From NCBI GenBank assembly GCA_025340205.1, contig CP006868.1:1320001-1352000 (forward strand): a DNA stretch of 32,000 nt, given 5' to 3'. Positions within the stretch are counted from its first letter, which is position 1. Each line of letters opens with the position of its first letter. The notes beneath the pieces were generated by a model. The model was not told the origin of the DNA. It did no database searches and saw nothing but the letters and a program-made list of their open reading frames with translations. Both the position numbers and the translations under genes were made by a program. This DNA is from Ignicoccus pacificus DSM 13166. Lineage in GTDB: Archaea > Thermoproteota > Thermoprotei_A > Sulfolobales > Ignicoccaceae. Positions 8,345-16,907 of the stretch are shown piece after piece.

Positions 8345-9136
8345 TTAAGGCTTGCATTGCTTCCTTATAAGTGCCTTCGCTACCTCCCTCGCCTCCTCTT
8401 CATCTACCCCTAACCTAACCAAGTTCTCAGCGAAGGTCCTTCGAGCCTCCTCCACCCCTTCCTTGAGGGCTTCTCGAAGGCCTCTGGCGGGAAGCCAGAG
8501 GAGGGCGTCTAGGTGGAGGGTCTTCAAACCCACCTTCCTCGCTTCCTCCTCCCACTTCCTTATCGCCTCATCCCTATGCTCGTTCATTATCTCATCCGGC
8601 GAAGCGTCTACCAACCCAGAAGCGCAAGTTAGGGCTGAGATCCTAAGATCCATGGGGAGAGGGACGTCTCCCTTGACCTCCTTCCCAGCGGCCTTGAATA
8701 CATAGTAGGCCATTTTTAATGCAAACACTATCGTTTTCTCGGTCCCCTTTGCCTTTAATGTTTTCTTCAACTCTTCCAATAAAAGATTGAGATCCGAGTA
8801 TCTCTCGGGATCCTCCTCTATTTTCTTGAGAAGGGGTTGGGCTCTCTTGAGCCTCCCCTCCTTCTGCTTCCTCTGGGCCCTGTTGTACTTGCTTGAGTAA
8901 AGAAAGTCAACCAAGGTCTTATTTGGATTGTCCAAGAAGAACTGGGAAAACTCGGTCCAGTAGTCCTCTCCCCTCCCGGTGAGCCTATAGCTTATCAGGG
9001 CGTTTCCCACGACCAAGGGTAAGGCCTTGAGACCGTACTTGTTCACGAGCCTCTTTATGGCCTTGAACTGAGGGTCTTCTTCTTCAAACTTATCCACGTA
9101 CTTTTTCAATACCCTCAAGGCTTCCTCTATCTCCAC
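8345..9136 (-). CDS. N-glycosylase/DNA lyase AGOG (archaeal 8-oxoguanine DNA glycosylase)
   Basis: Contains GNALISYRLTGRGEDYWTEF, KTIVFALKMAYY, VPLPMDLRISALTCASGL and LHLDALLWLPARG. These closely match motifs I recall from Pyrobaculum AGOG (NALISYRLTGKGEEHW, IPIPVDYRV, LHLDTLLWL). GTG start, 6 nt after the stop of the cmr3-like gene. Confidence 0.85.
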   Translation of the reverse strand: MEIEEALRVLKKYVDKFEEEDPQFKAIKRLVNKYGLKALPLVVGNALISYRLTGRGEDYWTEFSQFFLDNPNKTLVDFLYSSKYNRAQRKQKEGRLKRAQPLLKKIEEDPERYSDLNLLLEELKKTLKAKGTEKTIVFALKMAYYVFKAAGKEVKGDVPLPMDLRISALTCASGLVDASPDEIMNEHRDEAIRKWEEEARKVGLKTLHLDALLWLPARGLREALKEGVEEARRTFAENLVRLGVDEEEAREVAKALIRKQCKP

Positions 9137-9142
9137 CTCTCT

Positions 9143-10162
9143 TCACCTGATGGGAATTGAACGAATAACCCTTACCTCTCTTCCGTTGACCGTATGGATT
9201 GTGACAACCCTCCTCTTGACTATAGCGCCCGCTCTGAGAGCCAAGCGGGGGAGCTCTCTGATCCTTTCTCTTTTTGAAGGTTCTTCATATGTTCTAAAGT
9301 GAGAGATATACGGATCGCTCAAGGGATGACCTACTACTTCATTTGTATCTATGCCGACGTCTAGAGGGGTCTCAGCTATTATTAGGTTCTTATCGGATTC
9401 ATGCTTACACAAGCATTCGAGCGCCCCCATGGTCTTGCCCTCACTCTTTATATAATAGAATGAGCTTCTCGGTCCCACCCTTAAGACCCCTTCGAAGTCG
9501 ACTTCCTTGTTCACCAACACGATCACTCTGGGAGCTTCTCTCTCGCTTAAGGCGTGGAAGTCCAAGTACGTTAAGGAGTGTAGCATACCAAAGGCGTTTA
9601 CTCCAAAGGCGTTGGAGTCCGCTGTTTTTGTATAGGGATTCAAGGCTACGTGAGTTGTCTTCTTAGCTATCTCGTTTACTTTTATCAAGCACTTTTTCTC
9701 AAGTTTCTTCCTAAGCTCACTCTTCTCTATTATAGATCTTCTTAAGTATCTCAAGGAGCTTACCTCATTGTCTGACTTGTTTCCCTCGCTCCATTCTGTC
9801 AGCCTCAAGTACTCGTCGAGACAATGACTTACTTCGTTCCCTTCCGCTACCTTTAGCAGTCCCTCGTAGACGTTAGCATAAACTTCCTTTCCAATTGCTA
9901 AGAAGGGGCCACAAAAGCTGACGCCTTCCTCTATTCCTAAGATCTTCAGAGCTTGGCTAAGCACCAGCTCCTCCCAAGTCTCCCCAGCTCCTCCGATCCC
10001 GGAGCTCCACGCCTCGTTGGCCAGAGCCCCGAAGAAGGTCTCAATCCTGAAGAGAGGAGTTATCTCGTGTCTTGTGGCTCCGGGACCGGGATAGAACGGC
10101 AATCTCTCTCCCACGGTCTTGGAAGCAATCATGCCGAGAGGGTATAAGGAGATCTCATGCAC
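9143..10162 (-). CDS. cmr3: Cmr3/Cas5-family RAMP-like protein (partner of Cas10)
   Basis: 339 aa, overlapping the cas10-like stop by 8 nt. Its pattern follows the Cmr3 layout: an N-terminal beta strand (ISLYPLG), then ITPLFRIETFFGALANE (compare P..T..GA.R), FCGPFLAIGKEVY, a central THVALNPYTKTA...GMLHSLTYLDF (compare r.GI.l....eG.Ly..e.l), and LRVGPRSSFYYIK (compare LGGE.r). Glycine-rich loops are weak. The call is by position plus motif resemblance only. Confidence 0.55.
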   Translation of the reverse strand: MHEISLYPLGMIASKTVGERLPFYPGPGATRHEITPLFRIETFFGALANEAWSSGIGGAGETWEELVLSQALKILGIEEGVSFCGPFLAIGKEVYANVYEGLLKVAEGNEVSHCLDEYLRLTEWSEGNKSDNEVSSLRYLRRSIIEKSELRKKLEKKCLIKVNEIAKKTTHVALNPYTKTADSNAFGVNAFGMLHSLTYLDFHALSEREAPRVIVLVNKEVDFEGVLRVGPRSSFYYIKSEGKTMGALECLCKHESDKNLIIAETPLDVGIDTNEVVGHPLSDPYISHFRTYEEPSKRERIRELPRLALRAGAIVKRRVVTIHTVNGREVRVIRSIPIR

Positions 10163-13100
10163 CGCTCCTCACCTCGGAGTCATAGCTTATCCTGAGCGCC
10201 TCCAACAAGTCACTAACTTCCTTCAATGAACCTACTTCGAGAAGGTACTTTACCTTTTCCCTAGTCCTTCCCCTTGAATGATTCTCCGCCAACCTCTCGA
10301 TGATCCCTCTCACCAAGCTTTCATCTAACTCCTCCCTTCCCAAGAGTTCGTTTAGCAGCCTCTCCCCCAAGTAAGTGCTCAGACCCCTAGCCAAGGCAAC
10401 GGAGACCTTGCCTTCTTCTATTAAGGCTAACAGGGAGCTCAGCCTTACCCCTAACTCTCCAGCCTTCCCTATTGTCCATCTATTGAGAATCTCCGGCTTA
10501 AACATGTCCAAGGTCACGGACGCTCCCTCCGCGACCTCCGAAGGCTTGTTGGGAGCTCCTCTTCCCATTCCCAAAGTCAAGGAACTTCCCCCGTTATCTT
10601 TAGAGAGCTCCAAGAGCTCCTCAGCTATCTCCAGCTCCGCGTACAAGTGATCCTTGTAATGGGCGAACCTCAAACCTTCGCTCAAGCCGGAGGCTACCAA
10701 GGCCGGTATCCTGCCTACTACCTTCTCCCCCTCTCTAAGAGGGTGGAAGCCGGGATAGCGGGAGTGGGCGGCCCATCCTATTCTCTTAAGGAGTATAGCT
10801 AGGTTCAAGCCTTGATTGTTGCCTAGCTCGAGATCCTCCGCTCTGTCTAAAGCAGAGAGTAAGTTCGCCTTGTACCTCTCCCTTATAGTCTCCTCGTCCT
10901 CTTCTTCCTCGCTCAAGTTGAGGAGCTCCCACGGGAGCCAGGAGGGAGCTACCGCTAATCCCTCGTCTCCGGCCATGAAGATGGGAATTCCTCCCAAGCT
11001 CGTGGTTACCCTTACCCATCTCATCACCGTGAAATTAGTGCTGTTAGACATGGTGTAGAGATAAGATGGAACGGAGGGGTAGGTGCTGTATTTCTGGTAT
11101 TCCTCAGCGTTCTTGAGAGCTCTCTCCTTGAATTTCGAGAGCTCCTCCACCTCTCCCTTGCGGTCATTGCAAGTCACTACCTCGCAGAGGGTCTCAACCA
11201 AGCTCTCGACGTAGTCCTTAAAGTACATAATGCCTTCTTCCTTCTTCACCTTCTTCGGCCTCTTCGGGATTATTCCTATTTTAACCAAAGTCAAATTGTC
11301 ATAGTCGAACCTTATTATAGAATAGTAATTCCTCGGCTTCTTGAGGACGTCCTTGATAACGCCTATCCTCCTCTTAATCCCTGGATCATTCTTTTTCATA
11401 TCAATTCTTTCAGCCATGTTCTTTAGTATCTCTCTGAACTTGCTATTTCCATAGTAGATCTGATAGAAGGGTATGTCTACGGTAAGCATAGCGGTAAGCA
11501 AGCGTTTGTATAGCTTTTTCCTATTATCTTCATCGATATTTGAGGACTCTATTGCTTTAATCACTTTCCCTATCTTTAGGTACAAGATGTAGGGGATCCA
11601 CCACCTTTCCTTATAATACCTTTCAACAGCTTCCTTGAATTTGTCATCTTTGGCAACTTTTAGTACCTCGTTTCTTGCCTTGCTTACAGTTGGAAAGCTT
11701 GAAACCAAGTCATAGAGTTCGTCCCACGTAGATTCGCTAATCTTTACCCTATCCTTGGCTTCAAGCTCAACCAAGTCCAGCAATGCCATCCTAGTAGCGA
11801 GAGCAGCTATGTCATCAGTTGCCGGGAAGGTGACCCTCCTGAGAGGAGGATATCCTATCAGCTTCTCAGCTACCTTCGAGAAGTAGGGATCCAGCTCAGC
11901 TAATCTCTTAACTAAGCAGTGAGGGCAGAGCCTCTCTCCGGGCCTGAAGATGGACCTCACGGCCTTCCAAGGCTCGTCAAGACCTTTCACGATGCACTTC
12001 GAGAACTCCTTGAAGTCCTCACTAACCTCATTGTTAGGTAGATCCCTTCCAGGAACGGCGAAGACCCCCATTCCGTACTTACAGACGGAGCAATACCTCC
12101 AGTTCTCTCTTTCCTTAAACTTAAAGGTTCTATTTAATACCCTATCCCTCTCGATAATGCGCTTCTCTAAGTCCACGTTCCTAGCTAGTCCCTTCCAAGA
12201 AGCTCTAGGATCCTTCTTTACCTTTTCCTTCTTTTCTTCTATATCCTTTAGGAGGAACTCGTACCACGTCTTGAGCCATTCCTTTACAAAATCATCTCCG
12301 GGTGTTGTATTAATATCCTTGACCACAACTAAAGGTTCAGCGAATGGAATCTCCTCTATCTCCCTAAACACATCCTCTAAGAAGTCCAAGAACATAGGAT
12401 TTATGAAGTCAGTCTTACCTTCCTTTTCGTAAATTCCTTCCAGAATCCTCTTCCATCCTTCAATTATTTTATTCTTAAAGTACTTTTCTAACTTCTCTAA
12501 CCTCTTCTTTCTCGCTTCTTCAGAGTCGTCGGTTGTGTCATCCGTCTCTTTATGTATCTTTTTAGGTAGTTCTGGTAAGAGCAATATAGCGAAGGCTGGA
12601 TTTACTGGATAGTAGGGGAATCCCTCCCACAAGGTGACCTTCTTCAGGTACTCTTCAATTAACGAGAACTTGTCCTCTCCCAACTTCTCCCGGAGCAAGG
12701 AGAAGTAGAAGGGGTTCCAACGTGAGGAGGGGACCAGCAAGGAATCGGGGCCGAACTCCCAAACGGCTTCCTTTACGGCATACCAGACCAGAGCGCTGGA
12801 GAGCCAAGAGGAGATCCAAGCGTCCGAGAGCTTCCTGGATCCCTTTATCCACTCCTTGAATCCCGTAAGACCCACGTAGACTAGGTATCCCTTGGGTCTG
12901 CTGTTCTTTTCTTTTATTAAACTTGCTATCGCGGAGGTGGCGAAGGCGTGGTCGAAGACGCTATGAATGGGCACTCTAGTGTCAGCGGGCCCCCAAGCTC
13001 CCGTTCGGAGCAGCCAAAGGGGCTCCAAGATCGTCATGAGAACGTGAACGAACCTCCTAAGGTTCTCCTCATGGTCCTCGTGCTTTGAAGCCTCCTTCGC

Positions 13101-13604
13101 AACGCCTATCGCTTCCATGAGTACTTGAAGCACCTTCGCCTCACTTAGCTCCTCCCTCCTTGCGCTGGACCTAGCGTAGAGGTTCGGCCTGAATATGTTA
13201 GCTAAGGTCTTGGCGGGAGAGAGGAATCTAATATCTTCAGCCTTGTTTTTATCATCCTTCTTTAGCACTAACCTATCTATGGAAGCTGAGTATCCATCGG
13301 CCTCTTTGACGATGTCCCAGAGCTCACCAAAGTCCTCTTTGTTAACATTGTAGCCAAGTTCCTTAAGGAGGCTTAATACACAGCCAATTATGGAAAGGCC
13401 TTCCGTTTCGTGAACGGACTTATCCTCAGTTAGGGCATGGTCTATCTTTTCTCTAACTCTAACATCATACTCCGGAAGGCAGAAGGGACCCCGCTCGAGG
13501 AGTCCTCCCACTCTGTAAGCCTTCCAAGGAGGGTCGTGGAAGAGCGCTATCAATTTCTTTATAAATAGATTCTTTGTAAACTCTATAAATGGATCATCGG
13601 TCAA
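10155..13604 (-). CDS. cas10: Cas10/Cmr2-like large subunit (HD domain, two Palm domains, Zn knuckle); cyclase signature reads AGDE
   Basis: 1149 aa with a TTG start. The N-terminal LIALFHDPPWKA matches the HDPP start of Cmr2 HD domains. GPADTRVPIHSVFDHAFATSA matches the Cmr2 ADTR.P.HS..DH block. YLVYVGLTGFKEWIKGSRKLSDAWISSWLSSAL matches the Palm1 entry (VQ.FI..aRK.rDlW.gS.llS). Cys pairs are CSVC (505-508) and CPHCLVKR (560-563). Palm2 has YYSIIRFDYDNL (DxD) and GGIPIFMAGDEGLAVAP in the GGDD position. Confidence 0.8.
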   Translation of the reverse strand: MTDDPFIEFTKNLFIKKLIALFHDPPWKAYRVGGLLERGPFCLPEYDVRVREKIDHALTEDKSVHETEGLSIIGCVLSLLKELGYNVNKEDFGELWDIVKEADGYSASIDRLVLKKDDKNKAEDIRFLSPAKTLANIFRPNLYARSSARREELSEAKVLQVLMEAIGVAKEASKHEDHEENLRRFVHVLMTILEPLWLLRTGAWGPADTRVPIHSVFDHAFATSAIASLIKEKNSRPKGYLVYVGLTGFKEWIKGSRKLSDAWISSWLSSALVWYAVKEAVWEFGPDSLLVPSSRWNPFYFSLLREKLGEDKFSLIEEYLKKVTLWEGFPYYPVNPAFAILLLPELPKKIHKETDDTTDDSEEARKKRLEKLEKYFKNKIIEGWKRILEGIYEKEGKTDFINPMFLDFLEDVFREIEEIPFAEPLVVVKDINTTPGDDFVKEWLKTWYEFLLKDIEEKKEKVKKDPRASWKGLARNVDLEKRIIERDRVLNRTFKFKERENWRYCSVCKYGMGVFAVPGRDLPNNEVSEDFKEFSKCIVKGLDEPWKAVRSIFRPGERLCPHCLVKRLAELDPYFSKVAEKLIGYPPLRRVTFPATDDIAALATRMALLDLVELEAKDRVKISESTWDELYDLVSSFPTVSKARNEVLKVAKDDKFKEAVERYYKERWWIPYILYLKIGKVIKAIESSNIDEDNRKKLYKRLLTAMLTVDIPFYQIYYGNSKFREILKNMAERIDMKKNDPGIKRRIGVIKDVLKKPRNYYSIIRFDYDNLTLVKIGIIPKRPKKVKKEEGIMYFKDYVESLVETLCEVVTCNDRKGEVEELSKFKERALKNAEEYQKYSTYPSVPSYLYTMSNSTNFTVMRWVRVTTSLGGIPIFMAGDEGLAVAPSWLPWELLNLSEEEEDEETIRERYKANLLSALDRAEDLELGNNQGLNLAILLKRIGWAAHSRYPGFHPLREGEKVVGRIPALVASGLSEGLRFAHYKDHLYAELEIAEELLELSKDNGGSSLTLGMGRGAPNKPSEVAEGASVTLDMFKPEILNRWTIGKAGELGVRLSSLLALIEEGKVSVALARGLSTYLGERLLNELLGREELDESLVRGIIERLAENHSRGRTREKVKYLLEVGSLKEVSDLLEALRISYDSEVRSGA

Positions 13605-13758
13605 AACGTGCCCCTTTTTGGTAATAGAAGGAGCGGTAAAGAGCGATCTTCAACAAGCAGTTGAGGCCTCGAAGGAATGAAGGCATTCTTTCTCCTTGAT
13701 ATCAACGAATAAACTCCTCACTTGATATAGCTCCTCTCCCAAGGTCCTGGGGACCTCA

Positions 13759-15969
13759 ATGAAGGCTTACCGACTGGTCGTTAGAGGCTTGGTCCAGGGG
13801 GTGGGCTTCAGGCCAGATGTTGCAAGAATCGCCAACTCCTTGAACCTTAAGGGATACGTCAAGAACGTCTCCGGAGGTTCCGTGGAGATATGGGTTGAGG
13901 GAGAGAGGGTAGAGGAGTTCTTGGAAGCTCTCAAGTCCTTCCCCAGACCGGCTATAATTGAGGAGATGAAGGTAGAGGAAGTTATAGCAAAAGGCTTCGA
14001 TAAGTTCTTCATTGCTAAGAGCGAGGGAGTTGGCACAAGGTCCCAAGTACCTCCTGACTTCGGAATTTGTGAAAACTGCTTGAGGGAGGTGCTGAACCCC
14101 TTCTCGAGGAGGTTTGGCTACGCGCTCAACTCTTGCGCGAAGTGCGGGCCTAGGTTTTCCATGCTTTACTCCCTTCCATACGATAGAGGAAATACGTCGA
14201 TGAGGTACTTTCCCTTATGCGCAGAGTGTCAGAGAGAGTACGAGGATCCAAGGGATAGAAGGTACCACGCTCAAGGAATCTCGTGCGCTAAGTGCGGACC
14301 TGAGGTAAAGCTGCTCGACTCCGAGGGGAGGAGGGTTCTAGTTAGAGATCCCATAAGGGAGGCCTCAAAGCTGATAGATGAGGGCTTCATAGTTGCGATA
14401 AAGGGAATGGGAGGGTACCATCTAGCGGTCAAGGCCACCGAGGACGCCCCCGTTAGGGAGCTCCGGAAGAGGAAGAACAGGCCGAGAAAGCCCTTCGCCT
14501 TAATGGCTTTAAATATTGAAGTGATGAATGAAATAGTAGAGGTAAAGTATGAAGATGTCTTGAACTCCCCCGAGGCACCCATCCTACTCCTTCCGAAGAA
14601 GAAGCCCTCTCCTCTAAGCGACTTGGTGGCCCCCGGCCACGAGCTGATAGGTGTGATGAGGGCTTATACTGCAATGCACTACTTGGTTCTAATGAATACC
14701 GAGGACAAGTACTCGGTAATGACGTCGGCAAATCCGACGGGCAAGCCAACTTGCGTTACAAAGGAGTGCGTGATCGAGATGGAGGTAGCTGACTTCATAC
14801 TTGAACATGATAGGGAGATAGTCCACAGAGTGGACGACTCCGTAATGAGGGTAACGGATGGGGACTTGGTCTTCCTCAGGAGGTCGAGGGGATATGCCCC
14901 CAAGTGGATAGAACTTCCTTGGAATCTCCCGGAGCTCGTGGCTCTGGGAGCGGAGCTTCAAAACGCTGGAGCGATAAGCTTCGAGAACAAGGTGATCTTA
15001 ACGCAATACATAGGGGACACCGACGAGCTTGAAGCCTTGGAGTTCCTCGAAAATGAGCTGAAATGGTTCATGGAGCAGTATTCCCTAAAGCCATTAGCTG
15101 TGGTCTCGGACCTCCACCCACTCTACAACACCACGAACTTGGCTCAGAACTTGAGCGAGGAATTGGGGATAGAGCACGTTCAAGTGCAACACCATCACGC
15201 GCACGTAGCTTCCGCCATGGCCGAGTGGGGAGAGGAGGAGGGAGTTGGAATAGCCGTCGACGGAACCGGCTATGGTACTGACGGTATGATTTGGGGAGGG
15301 GAGGTGCTCAAGGTAGAAGGAGATAGGTTCGATAGGGTCTGCCACTTGAGCTACTTCCCCTTGCCGGGAGGAGATAGGGCGGCCAAGTATCCCGCCAGGA
15401 TAGCGCTGGCCATATTGGATATAATAGGGGAGCTTAACGAGGATCTGTTGAAGGAGTTGGCCTTGAGGCTCCCGGGAGGGGAGCTGGAGGCTAGGATAGC
15501 CTTGAAGCAAGCTAAGAGTTCGATCTTCACCTCCTCTGCGGGAAGGCTCTTAGACGCCGCCTCCGCCCTCCTCGGGATCTCTTGGGAGAGGAGCTACGAG
15601 GGAGAGCCGGCCATGCTCTTAGAGGCCAAGTCCTTCGGAGGAGAGCTCATAGAGAGGATAGAGGCAGTTAGGGGAAGCGAGGTGGACGTGGGAGAGCTCT
15701 TCAGATGGCTGCTTGAAGCTAGGAAGAAGTACAAGCTGAAGGACGTGGCTTACACCTTCCAATATAACGTAGGATATAACTTAGGGCTCTGCATGAGGGA
15801 CTATGACCTTCCCAAGTTCATGTCCGGGGGAGCTGCGGTCAACGAGCCCATGGTAAAAGGGGCTAGGGAGGCCTCCGGGGAGGTGAGGCTTCCGAGGAGG
15901 GTTCCCACGGGAGACGGGGGAATAGCGCTTGGCCAAATAGCGGTAGCCTCCTTCAGACTGTGGACTTGA
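13759..15969 (+). CDS. hypF: Carbamoyltransferase HypF ([NiFe]-hydrogenase maturation)
   Basis: 736 aa. It has an N-terminal acylphosphatase domain (VRGLVQGVGFRPDVARIA...GYVKN), two CxxC-x18-CxxC zinc-finger units (CENC...CAKCGPR and CAEC...CAKCGPE), a YrdC-like block (AIKGMGGYHLAV), and a Kae1-like C-terminus (HHHAH, DGTGYG). Confidence 0.92.
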   Translation: MKAYRLVVRGLVQGVGFRPDVARIANSLNLKGYVKNVSGGSVEIWVEGERVEEFLEALKSFPRPAIIEEMKVEEVIAKGFDKFFIAKSEGVGTRSQVPPDFGICENCLREVLNPFSRRFGYALNSCAKCGPRFSMLYSLPYDRGNTSMRYFPLCAECQREYEDPRDRRYHAQGISCAKCGPEVKLLDSEGRRVLVRDPIREASKLIDEGFIVAIKGMGGYHLAVKATEDAPVRELRKRKNRPRKPFALMALNIEVMNEIVEVKYEDVLNSPEAPILLLPKKKPSPLSDLVAPGHELIGVMRAYTAMHYLVLMNTEDKYSVMTSANPTGKPTCVTKECVIEMEVADFILEHDREIVHRVDDSVMRVTDGDLVFLRRSRGYAPKWIELPWNLPELVALGAELQNAGAISFENKVILTQYIGDTDELEALEFLENELKWFMEQYSLKPLAVVSDLHPLYNTTNLAQNLSEELGIEHVQVQHHHAHVASAMAEWGEEEGVGIAVDGTGYGTDGMIWGGEVLKVEGDRFDRVCHLSYFPLPGGDRAAKYPARIALAILDIIGELNEDLLKELALRLPGGELEARIALKQAKSSIFTSSAGRLLDAASALLGISWERSYEGEPAMLLEAKSFGGELIERIEAVRGSEVDVGELFRWLLEARKKYKLKDVAYTFQYNVGYNLGLCMRDYDLPKFMSGGAAVNEPMVKGAREASGEVRLPRRVPTGDGGIALGQIAVASFRLWT

Positions 15970-16810
15970 CCTTCTCTATGGTCCTCTGAAGGTACTCCCA
16001 CTCGGGCTCCAGCTCATACTTCTTTATTATCTCTGGAATCCTCTTGCTCAGCTTCTCGTTCTTCCTCTTCACAGGTTTCGGAGGGTTCTCTTTAGCATAT
16101 TCCTCGAAGTTGGGGAGCTTCAAGAAGGTCTTAGGTTCTTCGTAGACCAAAAGCCTCTCCTCGTCGACTTTCCTTACGGCATGGTAGTTAGCTAATATCC
16201 AGTATACCATGAAGGCCTCGAAGAGGTCTTGATACCTTACTTCGTACTTGCACTTAGTTAGTTGCATTAGCTTCCCAGCTATTTCATTTACACTCATCAT
16301 GTAAACTTGGAGCTTGGCCAAAGAAGACACCAAGTTCTTTAACAATGGGACGTCGTTATCCCTTAACTCGGCTATCCATCCGGTTAGCTTCCATATCATC
16401 CTGGGAGATAGGAGGACCTCCTTCAACGAAAGGTAGACGCTGACGGGGTCCCTAACTATATGGTAGGGTTCCCACTCCTTGGTGATCAAGGGTTCATCCA
16501 AATACAAATGTAAAGTTATCTCCTTGAACGGTATTCCCTTTATCTTCTCCAGAAAGTCCAATACCATTATCCTAGGCCAGAAGACGTTGAGCTCAGCTAC
16601 CTCTCCCAACTTCCTCAAGCTGTAGGCGGGGGAGGAGAGTATTATGGAGTGCTTGTTCACTCCGTCCGGCAAGGATTTCTCACAGACGAGGGCAGAGACG
16701 GGCTCGAAGAGGGCGTAAGGGTTCCACTTCTTCAGATAGCGGTAGAGGTAGGTCGTTCCGGATCTCGGACTGCCGTTGATCAGTATTGGCTTTTCCAAGT
16801 TCTTCATCAT
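15953..16810 (-). CDS. Sulfotransferase-family protein (putative)
   Basis: ILINGSPRSGTTYLYRYL resembles the 5'-PSB loop of sulfotransferases, and HIVRDPVSVYLSL resembles the 3'-PB motif. It converges on hypF with a 17-nt 3' overlap. Confidence 0.6.
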   Translation of the reverse strand: MMKNLEKPILINGSPRSGTTYLYRYLKKWNPYALFEPVSALVCEKSLPDGVNKHSIILSSPAYSLRKLGEVAELNVFWPRIMVLDFLEKIKGIPFKEITLHLYLDEPLITKEWEPYHIVRDPVSVYLSLKEVLLSPRMIWKLTGWIAELRDNDVPLLKNLVSSLAKLQVYMMSVNEIAGKLMQLTKCKYEVRYQDLFEAFMVYWILANYHAVRKVDEERLLVYEEPKTFLKLPNFEEYAKENPPKPVKRKNEKLSKRIPEIIKKYELEPEWEYLQRTIEKVKSTV

Positions 16811-16907
16811 TTAGCGCCCCCTCGCTCTCCCATGACCTCTCTTTTAAGGGTGAACGGGTCAATGACAAAGATATAGCTGTCCCTTCGACACCGTAACGGT
16901 TAGGAGG

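Noticed and set aside
14271-15510. Multiple minus-strand ORFs inside hypF (14271-14582, 14453-14749, 14679-14903, 14689-14961, 15094-15510).
   Set aside because: They lie entirely within a confidently identified, full-length hypF on the opposite strand and have shadow-frame compositions.
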